Position numbers and translations under genes: made by a program. A DNA stretch of 64,000 bases from a virus (taxonomy: Duplodnaviria; Caudoviricetes): positions 296,470-360,469 of IMG/VR virus record IMGVR_UViG_3300022719_000071; one strand, 5' to 3'. Shown here one piece after another: positions 9,745 through 18,747 of this stretch. Under the pieces are notes generated by a model. The model made no database searches. It had not been told where the DNA came from and saw only the letters and a list, made by a program, of their open reading frames with translations. Numbering within the stretch: the first letter of the stretch is position 1; each line of letters starts with the position of its first letter.

Positions 9745-9786
9745 AAAAAGCCCGGAGGGGACGCCCAGCGCCCCTCCGGGCTTTTT
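9745..9786 (+). terminator. Intrinsic terminator between Y RNAs and Ro60 CDS
   Basis: AAAAAGCCCGGAGGGG...CCCCTCCGGGCTTTTT. Confidence 0.8.
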
Positions 9787-9830
9787 CGTTTCTACAACAT
9801 ACCCGATTGGACATCGGGGAGGAATACATC

Positions 9831-11615
9831 ATGGCAAACTACGCAAGAATTTCGGGCAAGACCCGTCGAAACACTCATCAGACTTCACAGACGAAGGCAA
9901 TCCCTGGTCGTGAAATCGAGATGAAGAAAAATCCGGCTGGAGGCGTGAGCTTCAAGTTGGACGACTTCGCTCGTCTACAGCGATTCATCATCCTCGGAGT
10001 TGAGGGGAACAGCTACTACCAGAGTCAGAAGACCCTGGTGAATCAGAACGTGAGTTCTCTGGAGCGCTGTCTGGACGCTGATCCGTTCCGTGTCATTGAC
10101 ATGGTTGTGGACATTAGTGTGAACGGTCGTGCCTTCAAGCAGGACGCTGGACTCTTCGTGTTAGCTGCTGCCGCTTCTTTCAAGGGTGGCGTGCGCTCCG
10201 GTCGCAAGAGCCCGCCGAACCGCAATCGATTCCAGTACGAGGAGAACTACCAGCAGGCTCTAGCCGAGTATGAGGCTTCCATCGTCATCGTGGACGAGGA
10301 GCACGCAGTCAAGGTTCGTCAGTACGCACTGGAGAAGCTGCCACAGGTGGCTCGTACCGGTACGGCGCTGTACACGTTCGCTGAGTTTGTACGTGGTCAG
10401 CGTGGATTCGGTCGCAGCCTGCGTCGTGCATTCGCAAAGTGGATGACTGACAAGCCGCTAGACAAGCTGGCCTATCAGGCATGGAAGTACAAGAGCCGTA
10501 ACGGCTGGACGTACCGTGACATCATGCGCCTCACGCACCCGGTAACAGACGAGCGTGCACGTTCAGACGTGTTCGGATATATGGTGAAGGGACAGCTACC
10601 GGAAGGTGCTGACCTGAGCAACCCGGCCCTGGCACAGATCGATGCGGCTGAAAAGCTGCTGAAGATCATGACCAACCGTACTAACGTGACCAAGCCGGTC
10701 GTCAAGGAAGCTGTCAAGCTCATCGTTGACCATCGCCTGACTCACGAGGCTGTTCCGTCCGAGCTTCGCAAGAGCCCAGAGGTTTGGGAGGCTCTGCTGG
10801 AGAACATGCCGCTTCAGGCTGCTGTCAGCAACCTGGGTGTCATGACCAGCACTGGTCTGGTCAAGCCACTGTCGAAGGCAGAGCGAAAGATCGTGGAGAT
10901 GCTTACCAACGTCGAAGCAATCAAGCGTTCTCGCATGCACCCGATGCGGTTCTACCTTGGTTCCAAGGTCTACGGCAATGGTCGTGGCGTGAAGGGTAGC
11001 CTGTCCTGGTCGCCAAGCCAGAACATCATGGACGCTCTGGATGGTGCGTACTACGCATCCTTCGGTAACGTCGAGACGACTGGCAAGACACTGGTCATCG
11101 CTGTCGATGACTCGGGTTCTATGGACTGGGCTAACACTTCGGTTCCGAACACTAGTCCATCGGAGATTGCTGCGGCAATGGCGCTGGTCACGTACCGCAC
11201 TGAGCCGAACAGCGTGCTGATCGGTTATTCTGATGGTGTTCGTGAGATGAAGGTGTCTCGTACACGTTCTCGCATCGACAGCATCATGAAGCATGTCGGT
11301 CATGGCGGTGGAACCAACACCACACTCCCGGTGCAGTACGCCTGGAACAACAAGCTGGACGTTGATGGCATCGTGTCCTACACAGACAACAACACCTGGG
11401 GCGCATGCTCTCGGGGCTGGAACAGTAATGGACATGTTACCCAGTGGGTGAATAAGTACGTGGATCGCTTCGGTCCAATGCGCTTCATCAACTGTGCGAT
11501 GGAGGCAAACAGTATCACTGATACTGATGCCAAGAATCCGTACATGTTCGAGCTTGTCGGTGTTGACGCCAATACCCCACGCATCATTAGCGAGTTCCTT
11601 GCTGGTAACCTGTAA
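9831..11615 (+). CDS. rsr: Ro60 / TROVE-vWA RNA-binding protein
   Basis: NPAGGVSF, KYKSRNGWTYRDIMRLTH, MPLQAAVSNLG, SRMHPMRF, vWA MIDAS DDSGSM, GGTNT; GGAGG RBS before ATG 9831. Confidence 0.93.
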   Translation: MANYARISGKTRRNTHQTSQTKAIPGREIEMKKNPAGGVSFKLDDFARLQRFIILGVEGNSYYQSQKTLVNQNVSSLERCLDADPFRVIDMVVDISVNGRAFKQDAGLFVLAAAASFKGGVRSGRKSPPNRNRFQYEENYQQALAEYEASIVIVDEEHAVKVRQYALEKLPQVARTGTALYTFAEFVRGQRGFGRSLRRAFAKWMTDKPLDKLAYQAWKYKSRNGWTYRDIMRLTHPVTDERARSDVFGYMVKGQLPEGADLSNPALAQIDAAEKLLKIMTNRTNVTKPVVKEAVKLIVDHRLTHEAVPSELRKSPEVWEALLENMPLQAAVSNLGVMTSTGLVKPLSKAERKIVEMLTNVEAIKRSRMHPMRFYLGSKVYGNGRGVKGSLSWSPSQNIMDALDGAYYASFGNVETTGKTLVIAVDDSGSMDWANTSVPNTSPSEIAAAMALVTYRTEPNSVLIGYSDGVREMKVSRTRSRIDSIMKHVGHGGGTNTTLPVQYAWNNKLDVDGIVSYTDNNTWGACSRGWNSNGHVTQWVNKYVDRFGPMRFINCAMEANSITDTDAKNPYMFELVGVDANTPRIISEFLAGNL

Positions 11616-11626
11616 CCAGTATCATA

Positions 11627-11659
11627 AAGTAGAGGGGTAGATTTACTACCCCTCTACTT
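11627..11659 (+). terminator. Hairpin after Ro60
   Basis: AAGTAGAGGGGTAG-ATTTA-CTACCCCTCTACTT, 14-bp stem. Confidence 0.75.
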
Positions 11660-11662
11660 GGC

Positions 11663-11691
11663 TTGATTTTCCCGAAGAGACATGATATACT
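11663..11691 (+). promoter_or_regulatory. sigma70-like promoter
   Basis: TTGATT-N17-TATACT. Confidence 0.65.
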
Positions 11692-11718
11692 ATCATTTCA
11701 TTCAGAGGAGTGAAAGGT

Positions 11719-12030
11719 ATGTCCAAGAAGACCTCGAAAGAAATTGCAGCCGAACTCAAAGCCCTTGCTACCAAGTACGGCTGGACGGTGACGGTTCGTG
11801 GTAGCATTCTCACCATTACCAAGCCAATTTCCGGAAACGATGAATTCGTTACTGCTGACATGGAGTACGGAAGCATCCTGAGCCTTCTCCCGTCAACCAG
11901 CCCTGGTAGCATCTGGGGTACAGATGGTGGCGGAGTTGGAGCACTGTCTGCGATGAAATCTGGCGTGTTCACGATGAACAAGTCGGGCGGTAGCAAGCGA
12001 GTCCTGAACGCTCTGAATGTTCTGTCATGA
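11719..12030 (+). CDS. Hypothetical protein
   Basis: ORF downstream of promoter with RBS. Confidence 0.65.
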   Translation: MSKKTSKEIAAELKALATKYGWTVTVRGSILTITKPISGNDEFVTADMEYGSILSLLPSTSPGSIWGTDGGGVGALSAMKSGVFTMNKSGGSKRVLNALNVLS

Positions 12031-12683
12031 CTAAGATGCGAAATTTCGATAGCACAGATCCATCGCTACTGGAAACAGCGGCTCACGATCACATCGTGAC
12101 TGCGTATGCCGTCGTTTACGCCATGGAGGCTAAGCTGTGGACAATAGCCCACGACTTTGATGCCTGGGAAGACCCCAACGTTCGTGTCGTTCGTGATAAG
12201 GTGGTGGCTCGGCTGAAAGCCATCCGCTCCCTCTACAACACTCGCTTTCCCTGGAAGTGCCACAGCTATAGTATTCGTGGCAACTTCAGCGAGAACTACT
12301 ACGGTGATCTACACAACCATGACGTGGACCACGCCCTTAAGAAAGAGTTTGGTGAGAGTGTGTTCTGCGACAGTGAATCCGGCTGGTTCGTGGTGGATGT
12401 GACTCCGACCAAGGTTGAAGAGGTCAAGGAGTTCATCAAGATCAACTTCCCGGACATGGAATTCACCGTGGACAAACTGGACGAGAACGAACTGAATATT
12501 CCAGGAGTCAGTAACTGGCTCAGCGCCAATCTCTGGTTAAAGGAGCGTGAAATCACGGTGGACATGGAATTTCCCAAGATTCAGCCCAAGACTGGTAAAG
12601 AGCTTGAGAAGCTTCTGATGATGGCTCGTAAGGCTCTTCACAAGACTGGTTTGCCGAAAGAGGAAGCAATCAAGCTACTCTGA
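12027..12683 (+). CDS. Hypothetical protein
   Basis: ATGA overlap with upstream gene. Confidence 0.65.
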   Translation: MTKMRNFDSTDPSLLETAAHDHIVTAYAVVYAMEAKLWTIAHDFDAWEDPNVRVVRDKVVARLKAIRSLYNTRFPWKCHSYSIRGNFSENYYGDLHNHDVDHALKKEFGESVFCDSESGWFVVDVTPTKVEEVKEFIKINFPDMEFTVDKLDENELNIPGVSNWLSANLWLKEREITVDMEFPKIQPKTGKELEKLLMMARKALHKTGLPKEEAIKLL

Positions 12684-12746
12684 GGATTTGCCCATTATAA
12701 ATGATAAATATGGGTTTAGTGTTTATCATTGTAGGGATATAACCAT

Positions 12747-13616
12747 ATGGACATAAAGGATATACGTAACCAATCAGAAAAAACTATGAGAATTCTTGTC
12801 GTTCAGGGTGGCACTAGAAGTGAGAACTCTTGTCCTGGCAGAAATACAAAAATTCGTTCTATGGTTGATTTAATATTAGAGTCTTCTCCGGATTACGTTA
12901 ATGTTGATGTTCTTGATTTAGCAGTAGAGGGTGATGGAAAAAGAATTATTCAGCCGTGTAAAGGATGCGTAGGTACAGCAGGAGGTTTTCATTGTCATTG
13001 GAAATGCACTTGTTATGGTCCCAAATCAGATAGCTCAGACCTTAATGATATAATGCACGATGATAAAGTATATGACAGATTAGAAATGTCGGATGGTATC
13101 ATGTTTATGACTCCCATTCATTGGTTTAAGCCCAGTGGTCCAATTTTAGCTATGCTTGATCGATTGGTATGTGCTAGTTTAACTATAACAAGAGAACAAG
13201 CAAAACGTCTAACTGATAACGATTTAAAAAATCCAGAAAAAACGATGGCATTGGAAAAGTCCGGCAAATACGACAATCTTAAGAAGAATCACTTAGGAGG
13301 TAAAGTAGCTGCGGTGTTTGCTCAAGGTGATGACGGTGCTGATGACTATTACAACACAATAAACAAGCCAAATACAACACCTGGAAACTTTATGGAAGAT
13401 GTATATTCTAGTCCCATAGATGCTGTTATTCCTTTGGTTAAAGCTCTAAGATTTATGGATATCGAAGTTCCTGATGATTTAATCGTAGGGGTTAACCGGG
13501 GTAAAGGAAAGGATTACGCTGTAAATGACGAAACCTATAAGTCAGCCGAAAAGTATATGGCTATTCCCGTGAACCTCTTTTTGAAATTAGTCAACAGAAT
13601 TAATGATCTTCGTTGA
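12747..13616 (+). CDS. Flavodoxin-like / NAD(P)H-dependent FMN reductase family protein with Cys cluster (iron-sulfur flavoprotein-like)
   Basis: ILVVQGGTR, PCKGC...CHWKCTC, DGIMFMTPIHWF, AMLDRL. Confidence 0.75.
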   Translation: MDIKDIRNQSEKTMRILVVQGGTRSENSCPGRNTKIRSMVDLILESSPDYVNVDVLDLAVEGDGKRIIQPCKGCVGTAGGFHCHWKCTCYGPKSDSSDLNDIMHDDKVYDRLEMSDGIMFMTPIHWFKPSGPILAMLDRLVCASLTITREQAKRLTDNDLKNPEKTMALEKSGKYDNLKKNHLGGKVAAVFAQGDDGADDYYNTINKPNTTPGNFMEDVYSSPIDAVIPLVKALRFMDIEVPDDLIVGVNRGKGKDYAVNDETYKSAEKYMAIPVNLFLKLVNRINDLR

Positions 13617-13662
13617 ATGTTAGGATATCTATAAAATCGTTGCCCGCTACCGATGATATACT

Positions 13663-13692
13663 CCTGAACCGGATAAATACTGGTTCAGGGGT
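13663..13692 (+). promoter_or_regulatory. Late-type TAAATA promoter in loop of an RBS-covering hairpin
   Basis: CCTGAACCGG-ATAAATA-CTGGTTCAGG; 3' arm overlaps AGGGGT RBS. Confidence 0.6.
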
Positions 13693-13700
13693 ATAAACGT

Positions 13701-14615
13701 ATGACAATTAGAACTTACCTACCTGCTTTTGGATTGGGCATGCTGCTCCTTACGGCTTTATCCTTAGCAACAATAGCCGCATATCAAAGTATCATAGGTC
13801 TAGCAGACCTTTTCGCTGCACGTAAAGAAGTCGTTGTAATCATGGCTGTCTTTATCGAATGGGCGAAATTGCTATTTGCCGGTTCACTTCATATGTTTTG
13901 GAATTCACTTCCCTGGTGGAAGTGGATTGGTATAGCTATTGTGGTTATCCATATGGCGGTAACCAATATCGGAATTTACTCCTACCTGTCTTCTGGCTAT
14001 CTTCTCCAGGAAGCTCCTGTAGCGGCTCTAGAGCGGCGCATCACTGGGATTGACCAGGACATCAACCAACAGAAGAAAATCGAAGAGGAAGCATCCAGGC
14101 AAATCTCAGCTATGGATACAGCCTACCAGCGGTACGTTGAGGGGCTATACATCCGTCGTGCTGAACAATACAAAGCTACTAATGCAGAATTACGTGCACA
14201 GTTGGAAAAGCAACGTGATAAGGCCAGAATGGTAATTGATGGTCTTGAAGAAAAGAAGCGTGGTCTAACAGAAATTAAGGTTGATAATGCTGCCAAGCTG
14301 GGTAGCATTGAGCACATCTCTGCTTTTATTGGGTCTGACCAAGAGAGCATCATGAAGATGGTTGTTCTGTTCACTATCTTGCTTATGATGGGTCTTGATC
14401 CTGCGGCTGTTCTGTTGGTCGTAATGTTCACTCATTTATTAAATAAATGGATGGGGGTTAAAAATCCAAAACCGGTTTTAGAAGTGGCTGAGAAGGCCAA
14501 AGAAGAGCCTAAGCCACTGGATAAAAAAGCTGAAGAGCAAGCTTACCAACAACATTTGAAGGACATTGGATACATGGAAGGATCTCCTGGGTGGTACCGT
14601 AGAAAGAAGCTATGA
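13701..14615 (+). CDS. Membrane protein with coiled coil (DUF4407-like architecture)
   Basis: Three N-terminal hydrophobic segments, coiled coil, further TM containing GLDPAAV. Confidence 0.6.
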   Translation: MTIRTYLPAFGLGMLLLTALSLATIAAYQSIIGLADLFAARKEVVVIMAVFIEWAKLLFAGSLHMFWNSLPWWKWIGIAIVVIHMAVTNIGIYSYLSSGYLLQEAPVAALERRITGIDQDINQQKKIEEEASRQISAMDTAYQRYVEGLYIRRAEQYKATNAELRAQLEKQRDKARMVIDGLEEKKRGLTEIKVDNAAKLGSIEHISAFIGSDQESIMKMVVLFTILLMMGLDPAAVLLVVMFTHLLNKWMGVKNPKPVLEVAEKAKEEPKPLDKKAEEQAYQQHLKDIGYMEGSPGWYRRKKL

Positions 14616-16327
14616 AACTAGTGCAACTGTTTGAACAAGTCAGTCTGTTTGAGGCGGCGAAGGATCGCTACATGCAGCCTTTTACTGGTCTATTGTCAAT
14701 TGCCGAACAACTAGGTTTGGATAACCTATCTGAAGGAATTGACAACGCTATATCTTGGGCAATGCGAACTTTGAAAAAGGAGGATAAGATTGTCTGGTTT
14801 CTTCGATGGATGAAGCTTGAAGCTCTTCGTATTCTCAAGCTCAATACTGAAGGTGAAGTGCGGGAACGTGTACACAAAGCATGGGACAAAGCTGCAACTA
14901 AAATATCCAAGAATTCTGGCATCTCAAAAGAACAGATCGAGTCCTATGCCAATCAATTTGTTAGTGGTGGATTCCGAACTCAGATGAATCATTACATGAG
15001 TCTCGGACTACCAGCCATTGATGACTATGTGTTTACTTGGCAGACTCCAGAGCAAATTTTTAGAGACTTTCAAGTAATTGAGCAGGAATGGCAAAAGAAA
15101 TTGCAAGAACTTGTCCCAATTGAGCGTGACGAAGTTGAAACTGTTATTAAGTTCCCTGATGGCTCGGAATGGATTAACCTCAATAAGCCGGCGTGTGATG
15201 TTGAAGCAAAAGCCATGGGTCATTGTGGGAACGCTGATACCTATCACCCCGATGATACCGTTCTATCGTATCGTACCATCGAAAAGAATAACAAGGGAGA
15301 GGAGATGTGGAAGCCACGTCTCACATTTATTTTGGATACCAAGAATGGTATGCTGGGTGAGATGAAAGGACGTGCTAATCAGAAGCCCGATGCCAAGTAT
15401 CATGGTGTAATCATAGATCTACTAAAGCACCCATTGATCAAAGGCATCAAAGGTGGAGGTTACAAGCCTGAGAACAATTTCAGCATCGATGATCTACCAA
15501 AAGAAGTTGTCGAAAAACTAATCGATATGAAACCTGGATTGGCTGACATTCGATACGATTACAATAAGCGTGGTATAACCCGTGAGTTGCTGACTAGGAT
15601 GAATCAGAAGTTTGATGATGAAACCGACGGTGCTCTTGAACTACCAGAATACGATAATAAGCGTAAAGTATTCCTCGGAGAAACCATGGAGGGTTCTGTA
15701 GACGACTTCGTTAAGGAGTATGGTGGGGATACAGCCAACTGGGTGGTCAATATTCTTTCTGGTGAAGAACACCTTGATATCTATCATACTGCTAATGACC
15801 CCGAAGACTTGTGGAATATACTACCAGACAAGATAACAACCCGAGTTGGTCATTGGTTATTGAAGAACTACTCTGATGCGGTTGAAGAATGGAAAGAAGA
15901 GAACGACGAAAACTTTGATCCATCTGACGCTAATGCTGCTTGGCACATCATTGAAGAGCATAGCATAGATGAAGTGAAGACTGCACTCAATAGTGCTATG
16001 CTGGATGCAGAGTATATTGGTACTGAAGCAGAAATGCTAAACTCCTTGAAAGATTGGCTAAAGAAACTTCCCAACCGAGATGGATTTGATATCTCCTTAT
16101 ACCCAGGACACACAAAATGGGATGCCAAGCAATACGTAGTGATATCAGAAAAATCGATGATCGATATTGTGACAGATATGATGGATCAGGTGGCTTGGCA
16201 TGGAAGCCTGATATCGTTTTTTGAGATTGAAGACCTTGAATCTCCTTATCATGGATGGCATGGGTTTGATGAACAAGTCGCCATCGAACAGGCGGAAGAA
16301 AGGCTATCCGTGGAAGGTATTCTATAA
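14612..16327 (+). CDS. Leader-bearing protein with PcfJ-like motif
   Basis: MKLVQLFE...LFE|A leader; EAKAMGHCG, EMKGRANQKP. Confidence 0.6.
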   Translation: MKLVQLFEQVSLFEAAKDRYMQPFTGLLSIAEQLGLDNLSEGIDNAISWAMRTLKKEDKIVWFLRWMKLEALRILKLNTEGEVRERVHKAWDKAATKISKNSGISKEQIESYANQFVSGGFRTQMNHYMSLGLPAIDDYVFTWQTPEQIFRDFQVIEQEWQKKLQELVPIERDEVETVIKFPDGSEWINLNKPACDVEAKAMGHCGNADTYHPDDTVLSYRTIEKNNKGEEMWKPRLTFILDTKNGMLGEMKGRANQKPDAKYHGVIIDLLKHPLIKGIKGGGYKPENNFSIDDLPKEVVEKLIDMKPGLADIRYDYNKRGITRELLTRMNQKFDDETDGALELPEYDNKRKVFLGETMEGSVDDFVKEYGGDTANWVVNILSGEEHLDIYHTANDPEDLWNILPDKITTRVGHWLLKNYSDAVEEWKEENDENFDPSDANAAWHIIEEHSIDEVKTALNSAMLDAEYIGTEAEMLNSLKDWLKKLPNRDGFDISLYPGHTKWDAKQYVVISEKSMIDIVTDMMDQVAWHGSLISFFEIEDLESPYHGWHGFDEQVAIEQAEERLSVEGIL

Positions 16328-16878
16328 TGCGCCTTCTTCAGTTTCTCGAAGCTACTAATGACCGTTGGCTGCGATATGCCAAGTCTCATGGCGAGCACAA
16401 TTTCCCTCAAGGTACTAAAGCTGAGGATTATGATTGGCAGTTTATCCCCAAGCTGATGCTCACCACCATGACTAATATCATGAACCCAGAACAATGGGTG
16501 GATTTCTTTCGTGACGAACATGATGTAGCAGTTGATGATGGACGCATGGGATATGAAGACGAACTGAAGAATCCAATACGAGAACCAGTGGTATTGGTGA
16601 AAATTGGCAAGGTGTACAATGTGGTCGATGGATGGCACAGGATTGGCGCTTCGTTTGCCGGTAATCGCAAATCAATCCCTGCCGTCATTGGTGTGCCGAA
16701 GGTTCCAATGCATACTGGCGAGACCGTTGGAGGCAACGAGGGTGAGGTAAATAGTGATGATGATACGCCACGTCCTCCACCGCAGCATGGTAACGAAGAA
16801 GGCAATGCATCCTGGGATTGGACAGATCCATACCATTCCAGTGGTGCAGAAAACGCAGTGATGAGTAGAACACCATGA
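16327..16878 (+). CDS. Leader-bearing ParB/Srx-like domain protein
   Basis: MRLLQFLE|A; EPVVLV...VVDGWHRIGA. Confidence 0.65.
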   Translation: MRLLQFLEATNDRWLRYAKSHGEHNFPQGTKAEDYDWQFIPKLMLTTMTNIMNPEQWVDFFRDEHDVAVDDGRMGYEDELKNPIREPVVLVKIGKVYNVVDGWHRIGASFAGNRKSIPAVIGVPKVPMHTGETVGGNEGEVNSDDDTPRPPPQHGNEEGNASWDWTDPYHSSGAENAVMSRTP

Positions 16879-16921
16879 AACTAATTGATTTGATGCGACA
16901 CACACGAATTGATGAGGCACC
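16875..16921 (+). repeat. 47-bp 5' cassette shared with 17729-17775
   Basis: 45/47 identical by eye. Confidence 0.9.
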
Positions 16922-17732
16922 GCCTCTAAAGCGTTTTGATGTGTTACCAGATGCATCGAAGCTCCCTGGCCCTAGCAAAAAGTTACAGCATTCTAATATA
17001 AAAAATATTCCTAAAGATTTACAAACAGTAGTTTCTCAACCATTTCAAAAAGCTCTCAAAAAGAAAATGCAGGATATTCCATATCCGATATACATCTATC
17101 AAATGGCTATTGCAATAGCAGCAGATAGTTACGACAGACATCTACTCAAATTACAACATCAATCTGTTAACCCGGAATTTTATCACATGATTGATAAAAA
17201 AGCATTAATTGAATTGTATGGGAGGGATATTGCTAACAAAATTAAACTGGATCCTGCTGGAGTAACATTGGTTTATAACTACCAAACCGCTTTTCCATCA
17301 ACTGTGTGGGGATTCATGCATGATTTTGTTCACGCCATCACCCTATCTAATATTAAAACAACCGAGGAGTTAGAAAAAGTAGATACGATAATTGAAAACA
17401 TTGTAATACATGCACAAAAGTCTTTTCCTGATTCACCTATTTTGAGAAAAGAAATAGGGAGGCATGGAATAGAGAGAGTAGCATATTCGATGCTAACAAT
17501 GAAATCTGCTAGGACAGGATTCCTATCCAACCGACCAGAAGAAGGTTCAACAGAGTTAATGACTCAATGGCTTTTCTCCAAGAAAATAGAATTCGATTGG
17601 AGCAAGATATCTAACAGCGAAAAAATGGATGAAGTGTTTTCCGAATTGGTTAATAAAGCCATTCCAAAAATTGATGCGATATTTTGGAGAATTTTAATGA
17701 GCGCAAAAGGTAAGTCATATTTCACATCATGA
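16875..17732 (+). CDS. Leader-bearing protein, zincin-like (HDFVH)
   Basis: MKLIDLMRHTRIDE|A; WGFMHDFVHA...ELMTQ; paralog of 17729. Confidence 0.55.
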   Translation: MKLIDLMRHTRIDEAPPLKRFDVLPDASKLPGPSKKLQHSNIKNIPKDLQTVVSQPFQKALKKKMQDIPYPIYIYQMAIAIAADSYDRHLLKLQHQSVNPEFYHMIDKKALIELYGRDIANKIKLDPAGVTLVYNYQTAFPSTVWGFMHDFVHAITLSNIKTTEELEKVDTIIENIVIHAQKSFPDSPILRKEIGRHGIERVAYSMLTMKSARTGFLSNRPEEGSTELMTQWLFSKKIEFDWSKISNSEKMDEVFSELVNKAIPKIDAIFWRILMSAKGKSYFTS

Positions 17733-18589
17733 AACTATTAGATTTGATGCGACACACACGAATTGATGAGGCACCACTCGGTGACTATCAGCTTGTTGGT
17801 AATTGGGGGGACAAGGAGAAGTCCCACGGATTTCGACATGCCGCTGATCGTAAGATACTTCAGAATCCCACTGCTGTTCGAATAGCTCAAAAGAGGTTTG
17901 GTAAGACCGAACATATACTCAATCTCTACTTCGTCAATCTTCCCGGAGCTTCTAAACATTCTGAAACCGGATTCATGGAGCCAGAGCAAATTGCAGCAGC
18001 AATGCCCAAGGCATGGCCAGAGATTGCAGCCCGTGCCGAGGAAGCAAATCACAGAGATGCAATCAATGTCATCTTCGTTGGAAATACTGGATTCCAACGA
18101 ATGAACATGACCCCATGGATCATGGCACATCGTATCGGTCACGCACTTCGGGCATCCGAACGATTTGGTCAGCGAGGATACTGGAGAGATTACGAGGAAG
18201 ATGCAACCGAATTCTTTTCTAACATTCTGCAAAGTGTTTACGACATGAATATCAGCCCCCGTGAGATCTGGTTCGGACAGAAAGATAAGATCATAGCCAA
18301 GTTCTTCGAAGCAATCGGTGGTATGCGTAGCGCTCGCAAGAGTAAGCTCGGTGGACGACCATACGAGTTCTTGTACGAGATGTTTGCGCAACACGTTGTT
18401 ACTGGTTCTCTAAAATTTCGTAACCTTCCACAGAGCTTCGGAATGCGCAACGGTCCCTACTATCGCATGCAGGATGAAGAGACAGCAGACATGTGGAACC
18501 ACTCACTAAACAGTGATGTTGCTGACCATCTTGGATCCCGCATTGATAATACTCTCTACAATGCAGAAGGCAAATTCTTAGTTATGTAA
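17729..18589 (+). CDS. Leader-bearing protein, zincin-like (HRIGH)
   Basis: MKLLDLMRHTRIDE|A; WIMAHRIGHA...EMFAQ. Confidence 0.55.
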   Translation: MKLLDLMRHTRIDEAPLGDYQLVGNWGDKEKSHGFRHAADRKILQNPTAVRIAQKRFGKTEHILNLYFVNLPGASKHSETGFMEPEQIAAAMPKAWPEIAARAEEANHRDAINVIFVGNTGFQRMNMTPWIMAHRIGHALRASERFGQRGYWRDYEEDATEFFSNILQSVYDMNISPREIWFGQKDKIIAKFFEAIGGMRSARKSKLGGRPYEFLYEMFAQHVVTGSLKFRNLPQSFGMRNGPYYRMQDEETADMWNHSLNSDVADHLGSRIDNTLYNAEGKFLVM

Positions 18590-18623
18590 CTTGACTTCAT
18601 TATCTTTCATGACGATATTTTAG

Positions 18624-18644
18624 AAGCCCGGACCACCGGGCTTT
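18624..18644 (+). terminator. Hairpin terminator
   Basis: AAGCCCGG-ACCA-CCGGGCTTT. Confidence 0.65.
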
Positions 18645-18747
18645 ATCGTTTCTGTGCTCATATTTTCAAGTTCGGAAACTGTACATGGAAAAACTTATAT
18701 TCCATAAATACTTCCACATCAATTTAGCAAATATAGGAGACCCGAAC

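Noticed and set aside
9618-9830. ORF-track N-terminal extension of Ro60 from TTG 9618
   Set aside because: Runs through the structured RNA and the terminator; ATG 9831 has a GGAGG RBS and matches where Ro60-like sequence begins
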